Shown piece by piece: positions 9,585 to 20,600 of a stretch of DNA of 64,000 bases (its first letter is position 1; each line of letters begins with the position of its first letter). Made by a program: the position numbers and the translations under genes. The notes under the pieces are model-generated. The model was not told where the DNA came from. It saw nothing but the letters and a program-made list of their open reading frames with translations, and searched no databases. Source of the DNA: Bacteroidota bacterium (GTDB lineage: Bacteria; Bacteroidota; Bacteroidia; Chitinophagales; Saprospiraceae); assembly GCA_037130425.1 (NCBI GenBank), contig JBAXTB010000001.1:2527-66526 (forward strand). The letters run 5' to 3'.

Positions 9585-9771
9585 GCCGTGAAAACAAGTA
9601 AGGAGGCATAAGGTTGGTGAAGCGGCAAAGTTATTAAAATTGTTTGGAAATAAACGGGTGTTTAAAACAAAGAGTTTTGCGGGAGCGTTTGAATTTGTGG
9701 GCTGAATTGTGGCCTCGCAGGTGGAAAGGGTTTAACGCTGGCAGCGTTGTTATAATCATAAAATCCTGTGC

Positions 9772-9812
9772 ATCCTGATTCAGACAACTTGCGAGGCCGT
9801 CTGAATCAGGAT
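9772..9812 (-). terminator. strong hairpin downstream of the giant adhesin gene
   Basis: ATCCTGATTCAGAC (9772-9785) pairs perfectly with GTCTGAATCAGGAT (9799-9812), giving a 14-bp stem and a 13-nt loop. It lies 10 nt after the stop at 9822. Confidence 0.7.
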
Positions 9813-9821
9813 TTGCAAAAC

Positions 9822-12800
9822 CTATCGTAAAACAGTCACATCGCCCTTGTAAATCTTGGTTGTGCCGTCTTTAAACTCCACCTCTGCCCAATACACAAAT
9901 ACACCTGTCGCGACTTCCTTGCCGTTCCAACGTCCGTCCCAGCCCAGTTTCGGGTCGTTTGGTACGATATTTTGCACACGCGTAATCAGGCTGCCCCAAC
10001 GATCAAAAATTTGCAAGTCCCGAATTTTCACCAACTGTTCGTCGCCAAAAATCGTAAAGCCGTCGTTGTTGGCTGAGCCGGGTTTGATCACGTTCGGCAC
10101 GAACACGTTGTTCACGCTTTTCACTTGAATGAGGAAACGCGCTTCGGCGGCGCAACCCGTGTAACCCTTTACCGTCAGCGTTACTTCTGTCGAACTCAGC
10201 GGCGCAACAAACGGCGCCAGGCAATTGGTACACGACAATGGGTTCAACGATTGCCAGTTTATTTGTAATGGCTGAATGGTAATCCCCGCCGCCGCATTGA
10301 GTTGTATCGTGTCGCCTTTGTTGATGTTGAAGGTATCGGTCACAAATTCAGACACGGCGGGCGCGGGCGGCAATACAACCGATTCTGTTGTGGTACAGCC
10401 GTTTGCGTCCGTGATTTCTACGTTGTAAGGTCCAGAAACAAGTTCATCGAACAGCACTGGAACCGTGCCATTTGTGTTGATTGTGTTCAGCGCGAGTTTT
10501 ATATTATAGGGCCCTTTGCCGCCTGAAATGGTTTGTATGTTAATCTCGCCCGTAGCTTCGCAAGTCGGGTTAGTGGCGTCAATTTGCGGCGCAATCGGCG
10601 GCGGTTGATTGAGCGAAACGGTGGCCGTTCCAGAGCAGCCCGCCGCGTCTGTAAAGGTGACAACGTAGTTACCGGCGCTCAGGTTTTGCACCGTAGCGGT
10701 CGTTGCGCCGTTGCTCCAGTTGTAACTAAACGGCGCGCTGCCTGCGTTCGGCGTTACTTGCGCCTTCCCGTTGGACGAACCCGCGCAGGCCACGGAAAAT
10801 CCGTTGTAATCGCTTGTTACTGTGGCAGTTGCCGTGGCAGGCGCGGCCGCGAGCGTACGCGTGATGACGACGCTGTCACAACCGTTTGCTTTGTTAAAAC
10901 TGTTCACGGTGGTGCCCAATTGAGCCGGGTTGCAACTTGTTTTTTCAACCCTAACCGTATCTGAAACCGCCAGCGCAACCAAGGCCGTGGCGGTGCCGGT
11001 ACAAGTGAGCGTATTGGTAATAGTAACGGTATATGCGCCAGCCTGTGTAACCGTAATGCCGGATGTTGTCGGGCCGCTGTTCCATTTGTACGCGCTGAAT
11101 CCGGTACCGGCGTTGAGCGTCATAGAGCCTTTACAATCAACAGGTTGCACTACAATGGACGTGCTCGGCGCGGGGTTTAAGTTTATGTCAAATGAAGCGA
11201 CGCCCGTGCAGCCGGCCGCATCGCTCACCGAAAGGGTGTAGTTTCCGGCTTGCGTGAGGGTAACGGTCGGTGTTGTCGGGCCGTTCGACCAATTATAGGT
11301 CGCAAAAGGCTGCGTGGCCCCGACGACCGTGCTCGCGCCAGGACAAATATTGCCGTTGCCTGTAAATTGTGGCGTGAGCGGCGGCGCAAGGTTTACCGTA
11401 AACAAGGCAGTCGCCGTACAGTTATTGGCATCCGTTACCGTCACGGTGTACGGAATTGTTTGGTTTGTTGTAATGGACGCGGTGGTTTGTCCGTTCGACC
11501 ATTTATAAGCCTGGAAACCGGCCGTTGCGCTTAAGGTCGTGCTTTTACCGGCACAAATAACCGCGTTGCCGTTGATTGTAACTTGCGGCGGCGTCGGAAT
11601 CGTAACCGCTTTTTCAGCAGTGCCGGTGCAACCGTTTGCGTTGGTAACGGTAACGGTGTAATTGCCTGCTTGAGAAACAGTCAGGCTTGCGTTTCCGGAT
11701 GCGTTGTTCCAATTATAGGTCGCAAAACCGGCATCGGCTTGGAGCGTAATTTGCCCGTTGCATTGATACGGTTGAATTGAAATAGCGGGCTGTAAGGGCG
11801 CACCCACGTTCAGGGTGGTGGAGGCCGTGCCAATGCAACCGGACGCGTTTGTCACGGTCACGGTATATGTGCCCGGCTGGGAGACAGAAAGAATAGCGCC
11901 CGTAGTGCCGCCGGCCCAGTTAATGCTTGAAAATGAACCGGTTACGTTTAGTTGAACCGGGTTGTTGCCACAAATCGTCATTGGGCCGGTAATTGCCGGT
12001 ACCGGGTTCGGCACGCTCTGCACCGCTTGTGTGGCCGTGCTGGTACAACCCAAATTATCCGTAGCGGTAACGGTGTAATTGCCCGCTGCATTTACCGTCA
12101 AAGTCGGGCCGTTGTTGCCGCCGGTCCAGACGTAATTTACGAACCCTGCGTTTGCCGTCAAAGTTGAAACTTCAGCGGGACACAAAATCGCATCGCCGCT
12201 CACAGACACGCTTGCCTGCGCTGGAACGGTCACTTGAATGCTTGCGGTACCCGAACAGCCGTTGCCGTCGCTCACCGTTACGGTATAACTTCCCGATTGC
12301 GAAACGCTGATGGTTTGGGCACTGCTGCCGCCGGTGTTCCAGGTATAAATTGGGAAACCAGAGCCGGCGTCCAAGGTGATTTTTCCGTTGCAATTGTATG
12401 GCTGTTGCACCACGTTCGGATTCAATTGATTGGACACGATGACCGTGGTCGTTGCACTGGCGCTGCATCCGTTGTTGTCGGTGACGGTGACGGTTGCGCT
12501 GAGCGGCGGCGTTACCGAAATGCCTGATGTGGCGCTGCCGTTGCTCCAAATATAACTTGCAAAAGTACCCGACACGCCGAGGTTGGCGGTATTGCCCGGA
12601 CAAACAGAAGTCGGTCCGGAAATCGTTGCGACCGGTGCAGGGAACAAACCTACATTTACGGTTTGCGAAACGGAGCAACCTAAGGCGTCAGTGGCGGTGA
12701 CGGTAAAGTTGCCCGCTGTGCCGGTGTTAATGGCATTTGTGGTTTCATTCGTACTCCAATTGTACGACACAAAACCGCTGGTGGCGCTCAAAGTAGCATT

Positions 12801-15800
12801 CCCGCCCGGACAGAAATTCTGCGGCGCTGCAATACTGACGCTTGAAAGCGTGGGTACGGTAACAGTTTGTGCCGCTGTGCCGGTGCAACCGTTGGAATCG
12901 GTAACTGTTACGGTATAAGTGCCTGATTGATTGACATTTAGCGTTTGTGCGTTGCTGCTGCCGGTCCAGGTATATGCGTTGTAACCAAGGCTTGCGCTCA
13001 AGGTAATTTGCCCGTCACAATTGTATGGCAAAGCGCTTGCAGCCGGCGTCGGGTTAGCATTTACCTGTAAAACAAGGTCATCCGTCGCAGTGCAACCGTT
13101 GGCGTCGGTAACGGTAACGCTGTATGTTCCGGCTGCTGAAACATTCAGGCTGGCGCCGGTACTTGAGTCAGACCAGTTGTAGCCCGTGAAACTTTGGCTC
13201 AAGCCCAAGGTTCCGCTCGCGCCTGCGCACAAGGCTGCCGGGCCGCTGATTTGCGCCTGCGGCAAAGGCAAAGCCGTCACCGTCTGCGTGGCCGTTACTG
13301 TGCAGCCGTTGGCGTCGGTGGCCGTTACGGTATAAATATCCGGCACGGAAACCTGTACGCTCGCTTGGTTTCCACCGTTGCTCCAAAGGTAATTGCTAAG
13401 ACCAGCGGAAGCGTTCAATGTGGTGCTGAGACCTGTGCAAAAACTGTTGTTGCCGCTGATGGATACGCTGGAAAGCGTCGGCACGGTGACGGACAAGGTA
13501 TTGGCGCCCGTACAGCCGGTAACATCGGTAACAGTAACCGTGTAATTACCTGATACAGAAACCGTTTGAGATTGGTTGCTGCCGCCGCCACTCCAAGCAT
13601 AAGCATTAAAACCAGCGCCGGCGTCTAATGTGATTTGGCCATTACAATTGTAAGGTAAGGCCAGCACCGTGGGCGACAAACTGGTTGCCGTGCTGACCGT
13701 GGTAGAAGTTGTGGCGCTGCAACCCGCGCTGTTGGTTACAGTTACCGTGTAGGTTCCGCCGTTGGAAACCGTAATATTCGGCGTGCTTTCAGTGGTACTC
13801 CAACTATAACTTGCCAAACCAGCCGTGGCCGATAACGTACCGCTGCTGTTGGTACAAATAATGGCGGGTCCGCTGATTTGGGGCGTGGGGGCGGCGTTGG
13901 TATTTAGCGTAAACTGTGCCGTGGTCGTACATCCGAATGCGTCGGTGGCAGTAACGGTGTAATTGCCTGCTAATCCGACGTTTATGGTTGGGCCTACCTG
14001 GCTGTTCGACCAAATATATGCGGTTAAACCGGCTGTTGCATTCAAATTGGTACTTGCGCCCTGGCAAATCAAACTTTGCCCGCTAATACTGACCGCAGGC
14101 GGCGCCGGAATATACACCGTCGTCACCGCCGAACCCGTGCAACCACTTCCATCCGCTACGGTTACGCTGTAATCGCCGGGTGCGTTTACAGTGATCGTTT
14201 GGCTTGCTTGTCCGCCCGACCAGGTATAGTTTGTAAACCCGGCGCCTGCGTCCAGCGTGAATTGTCCGTTGCAGGCGTAAGGTTGTTCAACAACCTGCGG
14301 ACTTAAAGTATTTGAAATAATCAAGGATTGCACGTCGGTGCCGGTGCAGCCGTTGGCGGCCGTGACCGTGACGGTGTAATCATCCGGTGTATTTACCACA
14401 ATCGAAGGCGTGTTTTCTCCGGTCGACCAGGCGTAGGCGCTGAAACTTCCGTTTAGAGAGAACGTTGCGCTGCTGCCGCCGCAAATCGAACTTGGTCCGG
14501 TAATAATCGCCACCGGGTTTGTAATCCCCACAATGGAGAATTCATCCGTAGCCGTACAGCCGAATGCGTCGGTGGCGGTGACGGTAAAATTGCCGGATGC
14601 GTTTACGGTGATGTTTTGGGTAAACTGGCTGTTCGACCAAACATAACTGCTCAAACCTGCCGTGGCCGATAAAGTAGTGCTTGCGCCGCTGCAAAGCTGG
14701 CTGGCCCCGGAAATCGTCACAGCAGGCTGGGCCGGAATAGACGCCGTTTGGATATCTGTGCCGGTACAACCTTGGGCGTTGGTGACGGTAACGGTATAAT
14801 CGCCTGATGTTGTGACGGTTATCGTTGCGGTGTTTCCGCCGCCGCTCCAATTGTAAGAGTTAAATCCTGTGCCGGCGTTCAGCACCAATTGGTCGTTGCA
14901 CTGGTAGGGCGCCTGCGTAATGTTGGGCGCGGGCGCGGGAATCAGCCCCAGTGCCTGGGTATCAGTGCCGGTACAACCGTTGGCCGCCGTGACGGTTACG
15001 GTGTACGTGCCGGCGCTTCCCACGGAAATACTTGGCGTCGTTTCGGTGGTCGACCATGCATAACTTGTAAACGGCGCGCTCACCGAAAACGTGGTGTTTG
15101 TACCCGAACAAATGCTGGCCAAACCGTTGATCGTCGGGCTTGGGGCGGGCAACACGCTCAGGTTGAAAATATCCGTATCCGTACAGCCGAACCCATCGGT
15201 GGCGGTGACGGTAAAATTACCGGCAGTACCGACATTTATGGACTGTCCGTTTTGCCCGTTCGACCAACTATAACTCACCAAGCCGCTCGACGCCGTCAAG
15301 GTTGAGAGGCTGCCGAGGCAAACACTGTTATTGCCACTGATGGTAACAAGCGGCGGATTGGGGATGGATGCTGCATACGAATCGGTTCCCGTACAACCTT
15401 GGGTATTTGTCACAGTTACGGTATAGTTGCCGGACGTAGTGACGGTGATGCCGGGTGTATTCGCATTGGTGTTCCACAAATAAGAACTAAACCCAGCCCC
15501 GGCATCCATCGAAATCTGGCCATTACAGGCATAAGTTAACTGATTAATTGCCACATTTGGCGCAGGCAACGGTGAAACGACCGCTGTTACAGAACCTGTA
15601 CAACCGTTTGCGGCTGTTACGGTTACAGTAAATTGTCCTGGCCCGGAGGCGGTCGTACTCGAATTGGTCGTCCCGTCGCTCCAGTTATATGCATTAAACG
15701 GCGCATTTGAAACCGTTAAACTAACGGAGGCGCCCGGACAAAGGCTGGCACCCGGCACAATCGGCGTCGGATTGGGCAAAGAAGACACTGTTTTGGTGTC

Positions 15801-17150
15801 TGTATCGGTACAACCAAAGGCGTCCGTCGCTGTAACGGTGTACGTGCCCGCAGTGCTTACGGTCAAACTTGGGCCGGAGCTGCCGCCGGTCCAGGCATAA
15901 CTGGTAAAGCCCGGTGTGGCGTTCAGGCTCAAGGACGCGCTGGCGCAAAAAGTAGCGTTGCCGCTGATATTCACGTTTGGCGGCGTCGGGATACTGACCT
16001 GAAAATCATCCGTTCCGGTACAGCCTTGGACATTTGTCACCGTAACGGTGTAGTTTCCTGCGGTATTCACCGTAATTCCCGGTGTGCCGGCGCTTGTGCT
16101 CCATGAATAGGAACTAAAACCTGAACCTGCATCCAAGGAAATTTGTCCGTTGCAGGTGTATGTTAATTGGCTGATGTTGACGCTTGGCGCAGGCAATGGC
16201 GTTACATTGACTGTTGTGGAGCCGGTACAACCGTTGGGCGCCGTAACCGTGACGGTATATGGTCCGGGAATGGAAACGGTCGTGCTGATACCGTTGCTGC
16301 CGGTGTTCCAGTTATAAATATCGAAGGGTGGGTTTGAAATCGTAAGTGTTACGGTGCTGTTTGGGCATACACTCGCGACGGGTACCAGTGGCGCAGGCGC
16401 GGGCAGGGACGTGACTGTTTTAGTATCCGTATCCGTACAACCGAACGCATCGGTGGCCGTGACGGTGTATGTGCCGGCCGTTGTGACGTTCAGGCTTGGG
16501 CCGGTACCGCCGCCGGTCCAGGAATAGCTTGTAAAACCGCTTGTTGCATTTAAACTCAGCGATTGATCGGAACAAAAAGTGGCCGCGCTGTTGATTACAA
16601 CATTTGGCGGCGGCGGTATGCTCACTGTAAAATCGTCGGTACCAGTGCAGCCTTGCGTGTTGGTAACCGTGACGAAATAGGTGCCAGCCGTGGTGAAATT
16701 GGCCGTTTGAGTGCTGCCGCCTCCGTTGCTCCAGGAATAGGTATTAAAACCACTGCCTGCATTCAGCGTAACTGTTCCGTTGCAGGCGTAGGTGTTTTGC
16801 GTAATATTTGGCGCGGGCGTGGGCGCATTCGCTACGGTGGCTGAAACAGTGCCCGTACAACCGACTGCATTTGAGACCGTTACCGTGTAAGTACCGGGTG
16901 CATTTACCGAAATGCTCTGGCCGTTTGCGCCTGTATTCCATGAATAACTTGCAAACGTAGCGGTCACGGCAATGTTTGTACTGCTGCCGGTACATATAAG
17001 GGCACTATAATTAAGTGCTGGTTGCGGGGCGGGCGACACGTTTAGGGTAAGGGTTGCCAAGCCGGGGCAAGTTTGGGCAATGATGCCGCTGGCGCCAAAG
17101 AATAATATACCTGTGATAGATAATAACGCGGCGTAAAATTTTGATTTCAT
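9822..17150 (-). CDS. giant cell-surface repeat protein, T9SS type-B cargo (gliding motility-associated C-terminal domain), 2442 aa
   Basis: Signal peptide, then more than two dozen ~75-aa modules (C...Y.W...G.Y.VTVT..NGCTGT), then SprB-like repeats (PFSYNWSNG). The C-terminus (NVFVPNVIKPGSANNDGFTIFG...IFDRWGSLI...GVFVYWAEVEFKDGTTKIYKGDVTVLR) matches the type-B T9SS sorting domain. Confidence 0.92.
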   Translation of the reverse strand: MKSKFYAALLSITGILFFGASGIIAQTCPGLATLTLNVSPAPQPALNYSALICTGSSTNIAVTATFASYSWNTGANGQSISVNAPGTYTVTVSNAVGCTGTVSATVANAPTPAPNITQNTYACNGTVTLNAGSGFNTYSWSNGGGSTQTANFTTAGTYFVTVTNTQGCTGTDDFTVSIPPPPNVVINSAATFCSDQSLSLNATSGFTSYSWTGGGTGPSLNVTTAGTYTVTATDAFGCTDTDTKTVTSLPAPAPLVPVASVCPNSTVTLTISNPPFDIYNWNTGSNGISTTVSIPGPYTVTVTAPNGCTGSTTVNVTPLPAPSVNISQLTYTCNGQISLDAGSGFSSYSWSTSAGTPGITVNTAGNYTVTVTNVQGCTGTDDFQVSIPTPPNVNISGNATFCASASLSLNATPGFTSYAWTGGSSGPSLTVSTAGTYTVTATDAFGCTDTDTKTVSSLPNPTPIVPGASLCPGASVSLTVSNAPFNAYNWSDGTTNSSTTASGPGQFTVTVTAANGCTGSVTAVVSPLPAPNVAINQLTYACNGQISMDAGAGFSSYLWNTNANTPGITVTTSGNYTVTVTNTQGCTGTDSYAASIPNPPLVTISGNNSVCLGSLSTLTASSGLVSYSWSNGQNGQSINVGTAGNFTVTATDGFGCTDTDIFNLSVLPAPSPTINGLASICSGTNTTFSVSAPFTSYAWSTTETTPSISVGSAGTYTVTVTAANGCTGTDTQALGLIPAPAPNITQAPYQCNDQLVLNAGTGFNSYNWSGGGNTATITVTTSGDYTVTVTNAQGCTGTDIQTASIPAQPAVTISGASQLCSGASTTLSATAGLSSYVWSNSQFTQNITVNASGNFTVTATDAFGCTATDEFSIVGITNPVAIITGPSSICGGSSATFSLNGSFSAYAWSTGENTPSIVVNTPDDYTVTVTAANGCTGTDVQSLIISNTLSPQVVEQPYACNGQFTLDAGAGFTNYTWSGGQASQTITVNAPGDYSVTVADGSGCTGSAVTTVYIPAPPAVSISGQSLICQGASTNLNATAGLTAYIWSNSQVGPTINVGLAGNYTVTATDAFGCTTTAQFTLNTNAAPTPQISGPAIICTNSSGTLSATAGLASYSWSTTESTPNITVSNGGTYTVTVTNSAGCSATTSTTVSTATSLSPTVLALPYNCNGQITLDAGAGFNAYAWSGGGSNQSQTVSVSGNYTVTVTDVTGCTGANTLSVTVPTLSSVSISGNNSFCTGLSTTLNASAGLSNYLWSNGGNQASVQVSVPDIYTVTATDANGCTVTATQTVTALPLPQAQISGPAALCAGASGTLGLSQSFTGYNWSDSSTGASLNVSAAGTYSVTVTDANGCTATDDLVLQVNANPTPAASALPYNCDGQITLSASLGYNAYTWTGSSNAQTLNVNQSGTYTVTVTDSNGCTGTAAQTVTVPTLSSVSIAAPQNFCPGGNATLSATSGFVSYNWSTNETTNAINTGTAGNFTVTATDALGCSVSQTVNVGLFPAPVATISGPTSVCPGNTANLGVSGTFASYIWSNGSATSGISVTPPLSATVTVTDNNGCSASATTTVIVSNQLNPNVVQQPYNCNGKITLDAGSGFPIYTWNTGGSSAQTISVSQSGSYTVTVSDGNGCSGTASIQVTVPAQASVSVSGDAILCPAEVSTLTANAGFVNYVWTGGNNGPTLTVNAAGNYTVTATDNLGCTSTATQAVQSVPNPVPAITGPMTICGNNPVQLNVTGSFSSINWAGGTTGAILSVSQPGTYTVTVTNASGCIGTASTTLNVGAPLQPAISIQPYQCNGQITLQADAGFATYNWNNASGNASLTVSQAGNYTVTVTNANGCTGTAEKAVTIPTPPQVTINGNAVICAGKSTTLSATAGFQAYKWSNGQTTASITTNQTIPYTVTVTDANNCTATALFTVNLAPPLTPQFTGNGNICPGASTVVGATQPFATYNWSNGPTTPTVTLTQAGNYTLSVSDAAGCTGVASFDINLNPAPSTSIVVQPVDCKGSMTLNAGTGFSAYKWNSGPTTSGITVTQAGAYTVTITNTLTCTGTATALVALAVSDTVRVEKTSCNPAQLGTTVNSFNKANGCDSVVITRTLAAAPATATATVTSDYNGFSVACAGSSNGKAQVTPNAGSAPFSYNWSNGATTATVQNLSAGNYVVTFTDAAGCSGTATVSLNQPPPIAPQIDATNPTCEATGEINIQTISGGKGPYNIKLALNTINTNGTVPVLFDELVSGPYNVEITDANGCTTTESVVLPPAPAVSEFVTDTFNINKGDTIQLNAAAGITIQPLQINWQSLNPLSCTNCLAPFVAPLSSTEVTLTVKGYTGCAAEARFLIQVKSVNNVFVPNVIKPGSANNDGFTIFGDEQLVKIRDLQIFDRWGSLITRVQNIVPNDPKLGWDGRWNGKEVATGVFVYWAEVEFKDGTTKIYKGDVTVLR
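10965..17075. repeat. intragenic array of ~225-nt coding modules, organised in triplets (coordinates approximate)
   Basis: Protein modules recur with conserved Cys/Tyr/Trp/Gly positions. Corresponding DNA segments (for example about 16425-16540 versus 15795-15910) differ at many synonymous sites. Confidence 0.8.
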
Positions 17151-17273
17151 ATAACAGAGGTTGGTTTGTTTTATATAAACATGTCAATTTGTTTTGTGTT
17201 TTAACAAAATATTTATTTGCTAAAAATAGGCAAATAAACATTTTGTCCATTCTAATGAACATTTTTCACACAG

Positions 17274-17324
17274 ATGTTACAAAAATTTTTCTATGTAACA
17301 TTTGCGATTGTTTTTGTGTAACAT
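17274..17324. promoter_or_regulatory. operator-like triplet of the 8-mer TGTAACAT upstream of the giant adhesin gene
   Basis: ATGTTACA at 17274-17281 (inverted), and TGTAACAT at 17294-17301 and 17317-17324. Spacings are 20 and 23 bp. The sites lie 125-175 bp upstream of the ATG at 17150. Confidence 0.35.
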
Positions 17325-17555
17325 CTACGCCAAATGAAAATGTCCAGTAGCATGCATCATTCCTTCCTCAAATTTCGATATATTAAGGAAACTTATCTGC
17401 GCAAAAAGTTTAATAAAATTTATTATGCGTTAATGTTTTACAAATTAAAAAGTTAACACATAACATGTATTTTTAAATATTATGCGAACCAAAAATAAAG
17501 CAATTAAAAGTATTACTCAAATCTTTTTTATGAAAATCTTGTGCCTGTAAAAAAA

Positions 17556-17591
17556 CGCTGCCAATCATTGGTTTCCCAACAATTGGCAGCG
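17556..17591 (-). terminator. hairpin downstream of CDS 17672..23056
   Basis: CGCTGCCAAT (17556-17565) pairs with ATTGGCAGCG (17582-17591). A6 on the plus side gives a T6 tail on the minus strand. Confidence 0.65.
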
Positions 17592-17640
17592 GCCGAAAAT
17601 AATTTAAATGATCTTTTACCTGCGTCGGTATGATAACGCG

Positions 17641-17667
17641 TTAATTTACTGATAATCAGTAAATTAA
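17641..17667. other. perfect 12-bp palindrome with a 3-nt loop, immediately 3' of the stop of CDS 17672..23056
   Basis: TTAATTTACTGA-TAA-TCAGTAAATTAA was read directly. It is entirely A/T-rich apart from 2 G:C pairs. Confidence 0.6.
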
Positions 17668-17671
17668 TTTA

Positions 17672-20600
17672 CTATTTTACAACACTCAAACGCAGGGCGC
17701 CCCATTGGCGACCATCTGTAATTTGCAGGAAATACATGCCCTGCGGCAATGCTTCCAGGTCAAGTGTGGTCGTAAAATTGTTTCCTACAGGGTTGTATTG
17801 TAAGGTATGCAACAAACGTCCTGCCGCATCCAGCACCTGAACCTGCAATTCATTCGGCGCACGATTCAGTGACAAACGGAACTGACCAGGGCCAGGATTC
17901 GGCGATACAGAAAGCCCCCAGGCCGCACCCGGTTCAACGGTGCCGCTCAGGATAATGAGGTTTTCAACTAAGGTACTGCAGCCGTTTGCATCCACCACGT
18001 GTACGCTGTACACACCTGGGCCGAGGCCCTGGAATACTGCGTCGGGATTATAGACTATACCATCTAAACTAAAGAAATAAGGCCCTGTTCCGCCGCTTGC
18101 GCTCACCACAATCGAATCAGAAGATGCGGTGGCCGTAGCCGTTAATTCAGGAACATCATTAATGGTAAATGAAAGGGTTTGTGTAAACCCGGCATTATCC
18201 GTCACCACCAATTGGTACGTTCCTGCTGTTAACTGTGTGATTTCGAAATTGTTACCGCAGTTACCGCTCGTGCTTGCAATGGTTCCCCCGGCAGGCGTAA
18301 GTTGACCAGCCGTGATGGGTGAGTAGCCGCCGTTTACACAAATTTCTGCCCGTCCGTCGCTGCCGCCGTGGCAGTTAATGCCGGTTGTAGACGTGAGGGA
18401 AACTGCGATCGTATTGCCCAATACTTCAAAACCGCCGGATGTTGTGCAGCCGTTGGCGTCTGTGCTGATTACGGTGTACACATTCGGCGCCAAATCCGTT
18501 AATGGCAATTGAGGAATGCCGTTCACCGTGTATGTATAAGGCGCTGTGCCGCCATTGAAAACCAATGTTGCATTGTTGTCAACCAAGTTAATGTCCATCG
18601 TAAACAATGCAGGCGATGTAATCGTCACATTCACAGTCATTTCCGTGCCCACAGCGTCTTTTGTTGAAACCGCGTAATTGCCGGCAGCAAGGTTTGTAAA
18701 GAGGTTGCTGCCCTGGTAAGGATTGGCATTTAAACGATATTCATAAGGGGGGATGCCGCCCGTAGCCAAGGCCATAATGCCGCCTGTTTGGTCGCCAAAG
18801 CACAAAATTGCCTGGGTCGCGCCGGCAGTGAGTGTTAAGGCTGGCACGTTTACAGATACAGCCTTTGTTGCCGTACAGCCATTTACGTCCTTCGCCGTTA
18901 CGGTATAATCGCCGTTCTGCACATTATTAAACGTGTTGCCGGTTTGGAAATTCAGCCCGTCAATGCTGTATGTCCATGCGCCTGTACCGCCGGCAGCCTG
19001 GGCTGAAATGACATTCAGGTTTGAACTTGCAGTCACCGAAAGTACGGGCGGATCAGTGAGTGTTATCGTGTTTGTTACGGCGCTAAAACCGGCGTTATCT
19101 TTTACCGTAATCGTGTAAGTACCGGCACTCAAGCCTGTAAATACGTTTTGATCCTGAAATAAAACACCGTCGAGGCTATAAGTAATCGGCGCTTGCCCGC
19201 CACCCACGGATACCGAAATGCTGCCGCTGTTGCTGCCTGCACACAATACATTGCCTGTTAATTCAGCCGTCACAATCAGCGTATTCACTGCCACAATGCC
19301 TTGCGCTGTGGCCGTACAACCGTTTGCGTCCTTTGCCGTTACAACATATACGCCGTTTGACAAACCTGTAAACGTGTTGCTTGCTTGGAAATTCACACCG
19401 TTTATGCTGTATGTGTACGGCCCGCTGCCGCCCGCTGCCGTAGCGCTGAGGTCGGCATTATTCACGTTGGCGCTGACAGAAACCGGCGTTGGGTTGGAAA
19501 TCACCACCACATTCGACGTTTTGGTAAATCCAAATTGACCGGTTACGGTAATTGTGTATGATCCCGCTGCCAGATTTGTAAATACATTGGACGATTGTTG
19601 CACGCCGTTGTTGATGCTGTACTGGTATTGGCCGTTCAGCCCTGTTGCAGTCACCGTGATTTTAGCATCGGCGCCGCCCACGCACAAAACCGGCGCCGTT
19701 TGGGTAGCCGTTGCGCTCAGGTTGTTTTGAATGACAGACACATTAAATACCGCGTGGTGCAGCCAGGCTTGGTTGTTCTGGTCAAGCGCATCGAAGTAGA
19801 AATTATCAGCCAGCGAATTATCGCCGTTGTGGGTATAGGTCAACAAGCCGGCATTAATATTGGCTTGGGTAAACGTAGCGCCGACGCTCAAGGCCACGCC
19901 ATTAAGGTACAAAGTTCCGTGTTGCGGCAGGCTGAGTACCGTAAATACGCCTTGCGCGGTTGTGCCCGTGGTGGTCATTACCAAATACCCGTTTCCGATG
20001 GTGTTGGAACCGCCTTGCGGAACAATCAGCGTTTGGCTGGTATTCAAACTGCCCGCAGGTAAAGCCGCCGGGAAACAGAAATTCAGGCTCCAGGCCGTCA
20101 GCGAACCGCCGTCTTGAGCAAAGTTATCTATTACAGACAAAATCCAGTCGCCTTGTGCAGCGTGACCGTTTACACCGGCAAGTGCGTCAATAGACTGGAA
20201 GTTTCCAAGTAGCGCTGTGCCGGTAGCGGAACAGGTGTTTTCAAGCGCTACTGCATCTTGTGCAGCGGCATCGTCAAATACCAAATCAACATTCGGATTG
20301 GCGCAACCGTAAGCCGTTGCAGGCACGCCGGGCTGGTCGAATAACTGAATATTTTGCCCCCAAGGCGTTGTCAATTTTGCTGAAAGGTCGCCCACATACG
20401 AGTGGGTAATTTTCAGGGTCATGTTGACGTCGTTGATAAGGGAAGTTGCGGGGATCGTCAGTTTTGAGGTGACAGTAGTAGCGGCCGTCGTGCTGATTAC
20501 TTTTGGCACATCCGTAGCCGGGAATAATTGGTTGCAGGAACTTCCGCCGGTTTGGAAAGATGACGCCGCTGAAGCTACACCCGAACCGCATTGGTTGGCC

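Noticed and set aside
9856-16995. Dozens of 60-170-codon ORFs on both strands inside the giant adhesin gene (for example 10533..10964, 12172..12678, 13194..13553, 14889..15305).
   Set aside because: All are nested in or antisense to a 2442-aa ORF that has a signal peptide, a coherent module structure and a T9SS CTD. Their translations are Arg/Gly/Cys-rich low-complexity strings, typical of off-frame GC-rich repetitive DNA.
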